Of a stretch of DNA of 64,000 nucleotides, positions 47,324 to 57,681 are shown piece by piece. Position 1 is the first letter of the stretch, and every line of letters begins with the position of its first letter. A program made the position numbers and the translations under genes. The notes under the pieces are model-generated. The model was given only the letters and a program-made list of their open reading frames with translations. It searched no databases and was not told the DNA's origin. The stretch lies in IMG/VR virus record IMGVR_UViG_3300042307_001176, positions 90,412 through 154,411 of that record; one strand, given 5' to 3'. The DNA is from a virus.

Positions 47324-48970
47324 ATGGCAGGATTTCTAGATAATATTGGAAAGTTTAATCCTAATATCTCAAGGATATTAAAATCAATTAGTGGTTTAGG
47401 ATCTTTTGGTATGGAATATAAAGATATGGTAATAGAGGATTCTATGGCTATAGGTATTTCAGAAGCTAATATGAGAGAAAGATTTGGATTCTCTGGAGAT
47501 GACGAAGATTTTATTTATAGTATAGCTGCACAGGATACCACAAATAAAAAATACATAGCATACTTTGATAAAGATTATCCATTCAAAAGAGATTTTCTTA
47601 GAACATTTGCACTTAATGCTGAAATAGAATACATCTTAGACACTATTTGTGATGAAGGTATAGTTTACGATGAGAAGAACTTCTTCTGTCATCCTGCAAC
47701 CATTAATATGGAATTAAAGGATGACGTATTAAAATCCTTAAGAGGCAATTTCAGAAAACTTTATGTCCTTCATAATTTTTGCAACGGTATAACGGGATGG
47801 CAATATTTTAGACAATTAATTGTTGAGGGATTTTTGGCATTTGAAATCATTTATTCTAGTGACGGAAAAGAAATTGTGGGATTTAAAGAATTAGATGCTA
47901 TAAGTCTTACACCAGCTATAGAAAAAAAACCTGATGGCACAAGAGAAACTATCTGGTGGCAGTACTATGGTGAAACTACTAGACAAAGAAGATTATTAGA
48001 TGCACAGGTGATTTATATCTCTTACTCTAAAGCTAATTCAGTTTCAAGAATATCTTATACGGAAAGATTAATTAGATCTTTCAATTTGCTTAAGATTATG
48101 GAGCATTCAAGGATTATCTGGAACGTAATGAATGCCCAGTACAGAATTAAAATGACAGTTCCTATCGGAAGTAAAGCTCCACAAAAAGCTAAAGAGACTT
48201 TAGGAGAACTTATGTCAGTTTACAAAGAGGATATTAAACTCGATACCACATCAGGTGAATTATCTATAAATGGAAGACCCGATTTACAATTTTATAAAAA
48301 TTATCTTTTTCCACAAAGTGGTGGCGAATCAGTAAAAGTGGAAACAATTAACGGACAAGGACCAAATCTGAACGTAATGGATTCTGTGGTTTATTTCTAT
48401 AATAAATTAAGACAGGATTCAAAAATTCCATACAATAGATTCTCTTCTAGATTCGGTGTTAGTAGTAGCAATACATTTAAATCTGGTGCAGATGGTGCAG
48501 AAAGGGATGAAGTTAGATTTTCTAAATTTATAACAAGACTAAGATCTATCTTTCAGGAAATTATGGTTAAGCCATTATGGATCCAAATGTGTTTAGAATT
48601 TCCACATCTTAAAGACGATGCAGAATTTAGAAGTCAAATAGGTGTTAAGTTTGAAAGCGATAACATGTTTGGTGAATCTAGAGAGATTGAACAACTAATT
48701 AAAAAAGTAGATTTTGTAACTGCTTTAGGAGAGGTAAAAGAAACAATAAATGAAGAAGAAGTTCAATATTTCAATCAGGATTACTTAATAGAAAGATGGT
48801 TAGATTTATCTAATGATGATATTAAGATGAACAAATTTTATGTTAAAAAAGCAGAGGAGGAAGTAAAAGCAGGAGCAACTGGAGCAGCAGAAGGAGCAAC
48901 TGGAGCAGCAGAAGGAGCAACGGGAGCAGAAGGTGAAACTGGAGCAGAAGAAGAAGAAGCATCTATTTAA
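47324..48970 (+). CDS. Portal protein (gp20-like) 2
   Basis: Full-length paralog; RDEVRFSKFITRLR. Confidence 0.9.
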   Translation: MAGFLDNIGKFNPNISRILKSISGLGSFGMEYKDMVIEDSMAIGISEANMRERFGFSGDDEDFIYSIAAQDTTNKKYIAYFDKDYPFKRDFLRTFALNAEIEYILDTICDEGIVYDEKNFFCHPATINMELKDDVLKSLRGNFRKLYVLHNFCNGITGWQYFRQLIVEGFLAFEIIYSSDGKEIVGFKELDAISLTPAIEKKPDGTRETIWWQYYGETTRQRRLLDAQVIYISYSKANSVSRISYTERLIRSFNLLKIMEHSRIIWNVMNAQYRIKMTVPIGSKAPQKAKETLGELMSVYKEDIKLDTTSGELSINGRPDLQFYKNYLFPQSGGESVKVETINGQGPNLNVMDSVVYFYNKLRQDSKIPYNRFSSRFGVSSSNTFKSGADGAERDEVRFSKFITRLRSIFQEIMVKPLWIQMCLEFPHLKDDAEFRSQIGVKFESDNMFGESREIEQLIKKVDFVTALGEVKETINEEEVQYFNQDYLIERWLDLSNDDIKMNKFYVKKAEEEVKAGATGAAEGATGAAEGATGAEGETGAEEEEASI

Positions 48971-49057
48971 GAAACTTAGTATTTTATAACAAGTATAATA
49001 ATAGAAATCATTTTTATTATTTAGTAGGTATTTCTACATTTGTTTAAAATATATCGG

Positions 49058-50386
49058 ATGCAAAAAGAGCTTAAAATTTTATTAGAAATTGAATGTTTGT
49101 CAGGAAACGGTTCTCAAAAAATCAAGCAAGATTTAATTAAAAATAACTATTCGAAAGAATTAGAATATCTTCTTAAGGTTGCGTTAGACCCATTTTTAAC
49201 TACCAAATTACATAAACTAGAGGTTTTGGAAGAAAGTCCATATCTAGTTTCTGCTGACCAAGACATATTTGAAAGATTTAAAGATCTAACAGAAAGACTT
49301 TTTATAGCACCTGCAGCAAATGATAAGTTTAGAGAAGAAGCTTTTGAATTAGTTAATTGTTTTCCTCTTTCTGTAGAGGAAAGAAAAGTATTATGTAAAG
49401 TTCTAACCAAAAGACTTAATATTGGTATAGGAGCTAAGCTCATCAATAAATCTTTTGGTAAAGAAATTATACCAGATCCAAGTCTAATGTTAGCTCAAGA
49501 TGATGAAGACGAAATAAAAAAATGGAGTCATATTATTTGTGAGGAAAAATACGACGGCGTACGAGTGATAGCTTTTGTTTCTGGCAATGAGGTTAAATTC
49601 TACACTAGAGCATTTAATGAAATTCCAAATCAGTATTTAGAAAAAATCGGAAATGAATGTTTGTCCTTAATTAAAAATTCAGGATTACCTGGTGATTGGT
49701 TTTTTGATGGCGAGCTAACAGATCTGAATAGAAAAAGTGTATCTGGCAAAGTCACACAAATGTTAAAGGGTAAGCCCATGAATGCTATAGGTGATGATCT
49801 AATCTATAATGTATTTGATTTAGAATATGCAGATACTCTTAAGACGGGTAAAGGTATCATTCCTTTTAGTATCAGAAGGTCTACGTTAGAGGGAGTTTTT
49901 AGTACATATAAGACCACTTCACTAACACTTGCAGATTCTTTCTTGACTACAGAAAAAGAAGACATATACGCTTACTATAAGAAGATCGTATATAATGGTG
50001 GGGAGGGTGTTATTCTTAAAAATCCAGAACATGTATACGAATGTAAAAGATCTAAAAATTGGATTAAATTAAAAGAAGTAAATGAATGTGATTTAGTAAT
50101 CACTGGCTGGTATCCAGGAGAAGGAAAAAGAGAGGGTTTTATTGGTGGATTCTTTTGTAAAGATTTGTCAGGAACACTTAAAGTAAAAGTTGGATCGGGA
50201 TTTACAGATTTAGATTTAAAAGAATTAAGTAAAGATCCCGATTCGCACATAAACAAAGTGTGCTCGGTTTTATATAATGTTATAATTAATGACAAGAACA
50301 ACAACTGGTCGTTATTTTTACCTAGATTTGTAGAGATTAGACATGATAAAGACCAAGCAGACGATTTAAAAGAAAAATGTAAATAA
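49058..50386 (+). CDS. ATP-dependent DNA ligase
   Basis: EEKYDGVR, FDGE, EGVILK, WIKLK, VGSGFTD, LFLPRF. Confidence 0.93.
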   Translation: MQKELKILLEIECLSGNGSQKIKQDLIKNNYSKELEYLLKVALDPFLTTKLHKLEVLEESPYLVSADQDIFERFKDLTERLFIAPAANDKFREEAFELVNCFPLSVEERKVLCKVLTKRLNIGIGAKLINKSFGKEIIPDPSLMLAQDDEDEIKKWSHIICEEKYDGVRVIAFVSGNEVKFYTRAFNEIPNQYLEKIGNECLSLIKNSGLPGDWFFDGELTDLNRKSVSGKVTQMLKGKPMNAIGDDLIYNVFDLEYADTLKTGKGIIPFSIRRSTLEGVFSTYKTTSLTLADSFLTTEKEDIYAYYKKIVYNGGEGVILKNPEHVYECKRSKNWIKLKEVNECDLVITGWYPGEGKREGFIGGFFCKDLSGTLKVKVGSGFTDLDLKELSKDPDSHINKVCSVLYNVIINDKNNNWSLFLPRFVEIRHDKDQADDLKEKCK

Positions 50387-51334
50387 ATGATACAAGAATT
50401 ATTAACGGAAAAATTAAGGCCAAAAGAATTAAAACATATGATCCTTCCAGAAAGGATTAAAGGATCATTCGAAAACGGACTTCAACAAAATGTTTTATTA
50501 GCTGGATCACCAGGATCTGGTAAAACTAGTATGGCTAAAATTCTGATAAGGAATCATCCCTATATTTTTATAAACGTATCTGATGAGAGCTCAGTTGAAA
50601 CAATAAGAACTAAGGTACATGATTTCTGTTCTACTGTTTCTATCCTTGACGGAGAGAATCGAATAAAGATAGTAGTACTAGATGAGTTTGACGGTGCATC
50701 AGATCAGTTCTATAAAGCTTTAAGAGGTACAATTGAGAAATATGCTAAGACAACAAGATTTGTTGCTACGTGTAATTATATAAGTAAAATACCAGATGCT
50801 ATAAAATCAAGATTTGAAGTTTATGATTTTGATCCAGTATCTAAAGAAGAAGAGGCTGAAATACAGACACAGTGGCAAGAAAGAATTTCTAAAATTCTTT
50901 CAGCTATGGAAATAGCACACAATGACAGAACATTAAAGTTATTTACTAAAAAATATTTTCCGGATATGAGATCAGCTTTGAATACAATTCAAAGATGGAA
51001 TATTGATGGAGTGACAGATCTTACAGAACAGAAAATTAATGAGGCTCTATTTGATCACGAGGATCTTTTTAATCTTATAATGAGTTCGCCAGATCCTTTA
51101 AAGAATTATCAATACATTATTGGACATTATTCAGGAAAGGTTGATGAAGCTATGTCTTCGTTAGATTCAGAATTTATAAATTGGCTGACAGAGAAACATC
51201 CTAGTAAATTAGGACTTATTCCTAATATAATAATTCTTAGTGCTAAGCACCAGGCAGAAAGAAGTCAAGTCATAGACCCTATTACAAGTCTATTAGCATT
51301 AGTATTCAGTTTGCAAGGGACAATGAACAAATGA
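50387..51334 (+). CDS. Clamp loader large subunit (gp44/RFC-like)
   Basis: EKLRP, GSPGSGKT, LDEFD, TCNY, PDMR. Confidence 0.92.
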   Translation: MIQELLTEKLRPKELKHMILPERIKGSFENGLQQNVLLAGSPGSGKTSMAKILIRNHPYIFINVSDESSVETIRTKVHDFCSTVSILDGENRIKIVVLDEFDGASDQFYKALRGTIEKYAKTTRFVATCNYISKIPDAIKSRFEVYDFDPVSKEEEAEIQTQWQERISKILSAMEIAHNDRTLKLFTKKYFPDMRSALNTIQRWNIDGVTDLTEQKINEALFDHEDLFNLIMSSPDPLKNYQYIIGHYSGKVDEAMSSLDSEFINWLTEKHPSKLGLIPNIIILSAKHQAERSQVIDPITSLLALVFSLQGTMNK

Positions 51335-51336
51335 TC

Positions 51337-51490
51337 AGTATACTACTCGTTACCTTAGATTTTCTCACTTAGCGAGTAGTATACTATACAAAATAGTCTA
51401 AAAATGACCAGCAAAATAGTCTAAAAATGACCAGTAAACTATGCATTAATTAAGAAATATAATGATAATGCTTAGTATACTATACAAAAT
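51337..51490. repeat. Intergenic inverted repeat plus direct repeats
   Basis: 16-bp IR 51337-51352/51370-51385; 23-bp tandem repeat 51389-51434; TAGTATACTATACAAAAT twice. Confidence 0.8.
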
Positions 51491-51497
51491 ATGAAAT

Positions 51498-51968
51498 ATG
51501 AAAGGTAAAATTATAATAGTAGGACCAGGAGGATCAGGAAAAGATTTTCTAAGAAAAAAAATGGTTGAAAGAGGATTTGATTATGGTGTATCTTTTACTA
51601 GCAGACCTCCAAGGGAAGGAGAGAAAGAAGGAATTGACTATTATTATAGAGATGTTGATTTTTTTGAATCTAATAGAGACATATTTTTAGAACTACAAGA
51701 ATTTAATGAATGGAAATATGGAATTTCTAAAGGGGAGTTTTTAATAAAAAATCTTTTTATTTTAAGCCCTGCAGGACTTAAAAGCTTACCTGAGAATTTT
51801 AGAGCTGATTCTTTTGTTATTTATTTAAATCCTCCAGAGGATACAAGAGTCAAAAGATTAAAAGAAAGAAATGATGCAGATGATGTCGAAAGAAGATTAA
51901 TTGCAGACCAGAAGGATTTTTTTAAATTTTCAGACTATGATATAATGATAACAAATGAAGATTTTTAA
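51498..51968 (+). CDS. gmk: Guanylate kinase-like
   Basis: GPGGSGKD, TSRPPREGEKEGIDYY, WKYG. Confidence 0.85.
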   Translation: MKGKIIIVGPGGSGKDFLRKKMVERGFDYGVSFTSRPPREGEKEGIDYYYRDVDFFESNRDIFLELQEFNEWKYGISKGEFLIKNLFILSPAGLKSLPENFRADSFVIYLNPPEDTRVKRLKERNDADDVERRLIADQKDFFKFSDYDIMITNEDF

Positions 51969-51971
51969 AAT

Positions 51972-53102
51972 ATGGTAACGATACTAATAGACGGAAACTA
52001 CATATTTCACAAGACGTTCGGGGTTTTTTCTGGATTTGGTAGCAAAAATCCAGGAGACGTTTTATCTTCTGAGGCAGAAAGAAATATGTTTATAAGAAAG
52101 GTGATAACAGATTTATGCTACTCATTAAATCAAATACCTAATATAAATCGTATAGTGTTTTGTAAAGACTCTAGATCTTGGAGAAAAGATTATAAAATAA
52201 CACGAAGTGTATATAAAGAGAGTAGAATAAAAGGCGAAGGAGTTGACTGGGGATCTTTCTTTAAACTCATGGACGAATTTTCCGAATATTTAGAAGAGAG
52301 TGGATTTATTTATAGCTCTTATAGAGGTGCGGAAGGCGACGATTTAATTTGGGCTTGGTGTGATTATTTAAAAGATTCAGAAGATTGCGTTATAGTAATA
52401 AGTGGAGATAAGGATATGCACCAGCTTGTAGAATATAACGGAAAAAGATGGACTGGTATATGGAATACCAATTCAAAAAATAATAAGTTAGTGGTATCAC
52501 AAGATTGGTCTATTAATCAAGTTGAAGAACCCACTATATTTGATGTCACACCAGCTTCTGGATCTAATGATGATAAATTAGATAAGCTAATCTCTTCTTG
52601 TATTGTTGAAAAAATAGATATTAAAGAATACGTCTTTAAAAAAATCCTTATGGGAGATAAAAAAGATGATGTTCCTGGTGTTTTTCCTTACAAAACAAAA
52701 AACGGTAAGAATTCAAATATTGCAGAAGGTAAAGCACAGAAGATTTGGGATCTTTATGTGGAAACTGAATGGTCCAAATTCAGTCTAGAAGAAATTTGGG
52801 ATAACGAAGATTTTCTTGGTTGGATCGCAGGATTATCTTTAAGACTAATATCACAGACCGATAATAAAGAAAACAGAGATCAATTTAAAAAATTCTACGA
52901 AGAGAATGCCAGATTAGTTTGGCTAAATAGTAAATCATTACCACATAATATAGTGGAAGGACTTAGATCTCATGTTCAAGAATTAGATGCAAAAGAAAAA
53001 TTCGAAGTTAAGATTGACAAAAAAGAAATGATTGACAATTCACCATGGGCTAGAGAGTCAACACCACCTAGAGGATTTGATCCTTTTGATTTATTTAAGT
53101 GA
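51972..53102 (+). CDS. rnh: 5'-3' exonuclease / T4-type RNase H
   Basis: IDGN, SWRK, YKESR, EGDD, SGDKD, GDKKDDVPG. Confidence 0.88.
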   Translation: MVTILIDGNYIFHKTFGVFSGFGSKNPGDVLSSEAERNMFIRKVITDLCYSLNQIPNINRIVFCKDSRSWRKDYKITRSVYKESRIKGEGVDWGSFFKLMDEFSEYLEESGFIYSSYRGAEGDDLIWAWCDYLKDSEDCVIVISGDKDMHQLVEYNGKRWTGIWNTNSKNNKLVVSQDWSINQVEEPTIFDVTPASGSNDDKLDKLISSCIVEKIDIKEYVFKKILMGDKKDDVPGVFPYKTKNGKNSNIAEGKAQKIWDLYVETEWSKFSLEEIWDNEDFLGWIAGLSLRLISQTDNKENRDQFKKFYEENARLVWLNSKSLPHNIVEGLRSHVQELDAKEKFEVKIDKKEMIDNSPWARESTPPRGFDPFDLFK

Positions 53103-53103
53103 T

Positions 53104-53505
53104 ATGAATAATCCTTTCGATATAATTAAAGCTTTTCATTCTAAGAACTGGGATAAAATTCCAGATAGAGATAAAGCTAGAAATTTATTTATGATAAACA
53201 GGATATGTTCTATTGCATATCCTTTACAAGCTAATTCTTTCAATCATATAAAAATAAATCCCTCAAAGGTTGTTGACTTCTGGAAGGTTTTTATCACACA
53301 CAAGCATAAAAGTACTCCATCTTGGATTTGGACAAAGACTCTTAAGAAAGAGAAAGAGAAATTAGAAAATAAATACAAGGAAGAGATCATAGATTTTATA
53401 AAAGAGAAGAACGAAATCTCTAATAGAGAGATAAAAGAACTGATTGAGTTTTTTCCTAGTAAATTCAAAGAATACTATAAAGAAGTAGAAAGTCTCCTGA
53501 GATAA
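53104..53505 (+). CDS. Possible clamp loader small subunit (gp62-like)
   Basis: NPFDII...FMINRICS; start at ATG 53104. Confidence 0.5.
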   Translation: MNNPFDIIKAFHSKNWDKIPDRDKARNLFMINRICSIAYPLQANSFNHIKINPSKVVDFWKVFITHKHKSTPSWIWTKTLKKEKEKLENKYKEEIIDFIKEKNEISNREIKELIEFFPSKFKEYYKEVESLLR

Positions 53506-53553
53506 GATTGATATTATTCGTTAGGATATATATCATAAACAAAATAGTCCGGG

Positions 53554-56500
53554 ATGAAGGAACTTAATCAAATAACGATAAAACAACTCCTGGCTTCTAA
53601 TACCATAGGAGTCAATAATTCTATCACTAATGCCAATTTTGCACAATTACAAGAGGGATTACTTCTTATAAATTCAGCATTTGGTATTTCAATACAGAAT
53701 AAGACATTAAATTTCCCTACTGGTAAAATTAATACTGGTGCAATAAAAGCAGACACCATAAGATTGCCTATCAATGGTAATTCTTCTATTCAATTAAATG
53801 GAAGCAATGGAGAAATATTAGTAAACGGATTAATTACAACTGCTAATGCCTTTATTGGAGGAAACTTAATAGTAGGTGACAGTAACAATGGAGGAAGATT
53901 AAAATTAATCCTAGACCGAACTTATATAGACGAAACAATTAAACCTGGAGAACCCGGACAGGTAAGGTTTATTGGAGATGACTATGAGGTTTATTTAAAT
54001 TATGGAGAGGTATTATCGTCATTCTCATTTACTGTGGGTTCTGGTGCAAATGGACAGGATATAGCAGTTTTATATAATGGAGCAACAGCAGGACAAGTTC
54101 AATGGAATAATGATAATGTTTTAACATCAGAAAATTTAGTAAATGCTATACTTACTAACGCCACTGGTCCTTGTTTAGCAGAATCAAATCTAAATACAGT
54201 TACAATCCTAGCATTACCTGGATTAGGTGCAACAGCAAACGGAGACACTATAACAATATCAGGAAGTGTACCTGTCAGTGTGACATCTGGAACTATGTCA
54301 GGCGGTGTTAATGGAACAGGAGCTTGGGTTTCTATAATAGGATCACAAGGACCTACAGGACCTACAGGATCAGGAGCTGGACCTACAGGAGCTACAGGAA
54401 CAGGAGCTACAGGAACAACAGGTGCTACCGGTGCTACCGGGGCAACTGGTGCAGGAATCACAGGAGCTACTGGAGCTACTGGAACAGGAGCTACAGGAAC
54501 AACCGGAACAACCGGACCAACAGGTGATACAGGACCTACTGGTCCTAATGGAGCAAAAGGATCCGCAGGAGCTCCTGGTGTTACTGGTGCTACCGGACCT
54601 TCTGGACCTTCTGGACCTACTGGATCTACGGGAACAGCAGGAAGTAATGGTGCCACTGGATCTACAGGTTCTACCGGACCTACTGGAGCTACTGGAGCTA
54701 CTGGAACTAATTGGTACACAGGATCTGGTGCTCCTTCTATAGGAACAGGAAGCGAAGGAGACTTATACTTAGACGGTGTTACTGGAGATGTATACGAAAA
54801 AATAGGGGGAATTTGGCAATTACAATCTAATATTAAAGGTGTTACTGGCGATACTGGAGCAACAGGAGCAACAGGGGAAACAGGAGCTACTGGAGCTACT
54901 GGAGATACTGGAGCTACTGGAGCTACGGGAACTGGTGAAACGGGAGCTACCGGAGCAACAGGAGCAGTAGGAACGCCTACACCTATGGGATATGTAGATT
55001 TATCTAAACTTAGCACATCACAACAAATATCACAAGGTGGATTTAAGCCTATAAATTTTGACACCACAAATCTTATTGATAGTTCATATTTTACAGTAGG
55101 GACTTTTACAATCTCTTCGACAACTGGTGTATATGTTGAGGTTTTAAAAGCCGGAACATATTTTATATCATACAAAGTTGGATTGGAACATGCGTCTTCG
55201 GGATCTTATAGTTTTTTATCTAGTAGCTTATGGAAGGATACAACAACACCAGTAGAGATAACAAATTTTAAAGGATTTACAACATTAGAAGATGTTGCAT
55301 CTGGTGTAATACCATCTGATATAATTACTATTACTGGTATTTTGAATGCAGCTGTTGGTGATCAGTATTGGGTAAAGGTAGTATACCAAGGAGGAGGATC
55401 AGGTATTGTAGATATCACCGATGGTGACACAGGATTTAGTATGTTTTCTTTAGAAGGAAATCAAGGAACAGATGGAACTAGCGGCACATCAGGAATAAGT
55501 GGTTCATCAGGAACATCAGGAATAGGAGGAACTAGTGGAACTAGTGGAATAAGTGGAACAGACGGAAGTTCTGGTTCTAGCGGTACATCAGGATCAGGAA
55601 CTAGTGGAACATCAGGAACATCCACTCCAGGTATAACAAGCGGATCTAGTGGTACATCAGGAATAGACGGCACATCAGGATCTAGTGGAACATCAGGAAT
55701 AGGTGGTACATCAGGATCTAGTGGTACATCAGGAATAGACGGAACATCAGGATCTAGTGGAACATCAGGAATAGACGGAACATCAGGATCTAGTGGAACA
55801 AGCGGTATAACAGGAATAGATGGTAGTTCAGGATCTAGTGGAACATCAGGAATAGGTGGCACATCAGGATCTAGTGGCACATCAGGAATAGATGGAACAT
55901 CGGGTACATCCGCTCCTGGTATAACAAGTGGAACTAGTGGATCATCAGGATCTAGCGGTAGTTCAGGATCTAGTGGAACTTCTGGAATAGATGGATCAAG
56001 TGGAACTTCTGGAATAGATGGTTCAAGTGGAACAAGTGGATCTAGTGGAACAAGTGGATCTAGTGGAACATCAGGATCTAGTGGAACATCAGGATCTAGT
56101 GGTAGCTCAGGATCTAGTGGTAGCTCAGGATCTAGTGGAACTTCTGGAATAGATGGTTCAAGTGGAACCTCAGGAATAAATGGTTCAAGTGGAACTAGTG
56201 GTTTATCAGGAGTAGATGGAGTATCAGGATCTAGCGGAACATCAGGATCTAGTGGAAGCTCGGGATCCAGTGGAACTTCAGGATCTAGTGGTAGCTCGGG
56301 AACTTCGGGAATAGATGGTTCTTCAGGAACTTCAGGGATAGATGGTTCAAGTGGAACATCAGGAATAGATGGATCTAGTGGAACATCAGGATCTAGTGGA
56401 ACTTCAGGATCTAGTGGAACTTCAGGATCTAGTGGAACTTCAGGATATAGTGGTAGCTCAGGAACTTCGGGAATAGATGGTTCTTCAGGAACTTCAGGGA

Positions 56501-57627
56501 TAGATGGTTCAAGTGGAACATCAGGAATAGATGGATCTAGTGGAACATCAGGATCTAGTGGAACATCAGGATCTAGTGGAAGCTCAGGATCTAGTGGAAC
56601 TTCAGGATATAGTGGTAGCTCGGGAACTTCGGGAATAGATGGTTCTTCAGGAACTTCAGGTTCAAGCGGAACATCAGGAATAGATGGATCTAGTGGAACA
56701 TCAGGATCTAGTGGAAGCTCAGGATCTAGTGGAACAAGTGGATCAGGATCTAGTGGAACAAGTGGATCTAGTGGAACTTCAGGATATAGTGGAAGCTCAG
56801 GAACTTCAGGAATAGATGGTTCAAGTGGCACATCAGGATCTAGTGGAACATCAGGATATAGTGGATCTTCAGGAACATCAGGATCTAGTGGAACATCAGG
56901 ATCTAGTGGAACATCAGGATCTTCGGGTAGCTCAGGATCTTCAGGATCTTCAGGATCTAGTGGAACATCAGGATCTAGTGGCTCAAGTGGTACATCAGGA
57001 GTAGGAACAGCTATTCTTTATAATTCAGTTTCTAGATACAGAACATATCTTAATTCGGATATAGAATGCTGGATAGCCTCAAGTTCAAGCGTTAACATTG
57101 GACTTGATTGGTCTAGATCTGGAACAACTCTAACAATCACACATAACTCGCACGGAAGATCTGATGGTAATATGATCATTGTGAGAAACGCAAATGCTGA
57201 TAATTTCAATGGTACTATTAGTGTAGTAAATGCAAACACCTTCACAGTAAATACTGTGGACAGTGGGGCACTTTCAGGTAAAGAAGCAGCTTATTCTCTA
57301 GGATTTACAGTGGGAACACCTACAGCAGCAGCACTGACTATAACAGCACCCGCAAGTGCTGATTGCCAATTATTGTCTGTATTATATGCAACAGGAGCTA
57401 GATCTGGGCAAACATTAGCAGTAACTACTCCTATTGGTGCAACAAATGGTTGTGGAGCGAATAGTACTGCTCAAAATCAATTTTATCCTGTATTTTTAGT
57501 TAGGACAATATCAACAGGTGCAACGCAGGCGGCTACATTAACTTTAAATACATCATCTAACTTTCATGTATTTAACTTTGCAGCAATGAATCCATCATTA
57601 AGTAATCTCGTAAGATTAGATTTCTAA
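53554..57627 (+). CDS. Fibre-like protein with collagen (GAT/GPT) and GSS/GTS repeats
   Basis: Gly-X-Y tracts ~54346-54966 and ~55465-57000 separated by globular domains. Confidence 0.85.
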   Translation: MKELNQITIKQLLASNTIGVNNSITNANFAQLQEGLLLINSAFGISIQNKTLNFPTGKINTGAIKADTIRLPINGNSSIQLNGSNGEILVNGLITTANAFIGGNLIVGDSNNGGRLKLILDRTYIDETIKPGEPGQVRFIGDDYEVYLNYGEVLSSFSFTVGSGANGQDIAVLYNGATAGQVQWNNDNVLTSENLVNAILTNATGPCLAESNLNTVTILALPGLGATANGDTITISGSVPVSVTSGTMSGGVNGTGAWVSIIGSQGPTGPTGSGAGPTGATGTGATGTTGATGATGATGAGITGATGATGTGATGTTGTTGPTGDTGPTGPNGAKGSAGAPGVTGATGPSGPSGPTGSTGTAGSNGATGSTGSTGPTGATGATGTNWYTGSGAPSIGTGSEGDLYLDGVTGDVYEKIGGIWQLQSNIKGVTGDTGATGATGETGATGATGDTGATGATGTGETGATGATGAVGTPTPMGYVDLSKLSTSQQISQGGFKPINFDTTNLIDSSYFTVGTFTISSTTGVYVEVLKAGTYFISYKVGLEHASSGSYSFLSSSLWKDTTTPVEITNFKGFTTLEDVASGVIPSDIITITGILNAAVGDQYWVKVVYQGGGSGIVDITDGDTGFSMFSLEGNQGTDGTSGTSGISGSSGTSGIGGTSGTSGISGTDGSSGSSGTSGSGTSGTSGTSTPGITSGSSGTSGIDGTSGSSGTSGIGGTSGSSGTSGIDGTSGSSGTSGIDGTSGSSGTSGITGIDGSSGSSGTSGIGGTSGSSGTSGIDGTSGTSAPGITSGTSGSSGSSGSSGSSGTSGIDGSSGTSGIDGSSGTSGSSGTSGSSGTSGSSGTSGSSGSSGSSGSSGSSGTSGIDGSSGTSGINGSSGTSGLSGVDGVSGSSGTSGSSGSSGSSGTSGSSGSSGTSGIDGSSGTSGIDGSSGTSGIDGSSGTSGSSGTSGSSGTSGSSGTSGYSGSSGTSGIDGSSGTSGIDGSSGTSGIDGSSGTSGSSGTSGSSGSSGSSGTSGYSGSSGTSGIDGSSGTSGSSGTSGIDGSSGTSGSSGSSGSSGTSGSGSSGTSGSSGTSGYSGSSGTSGIDGSSGTSGSSGTSGYSGSSGTSGSSGTSGSSGTSGSSGSSGSSGSSGSSGTSGSSGSSGTSGVGTAILYNSVSRYRTYLNSDIECWIASSSSVNIGLDWSRSGTTLTITHNSHGRSDGNMIIVRNANADNFNGTISVVNANTFTVNTVDSGALSGKEAAYSLGFTVGTPTAAALTITAPASADCQLLSVLYATGARSGQTLAVTTPIGATNGCGANSTAQNQFYPVFLVRTISTGATQAATLTLNTSSNFHVFNFAAMNPSLSNLVRLDF

Positions 57628-57681
57628 TTAAAAGAAGAAGAATATATACAATAAGACAAATAAATATAAAGAAATTAATCT

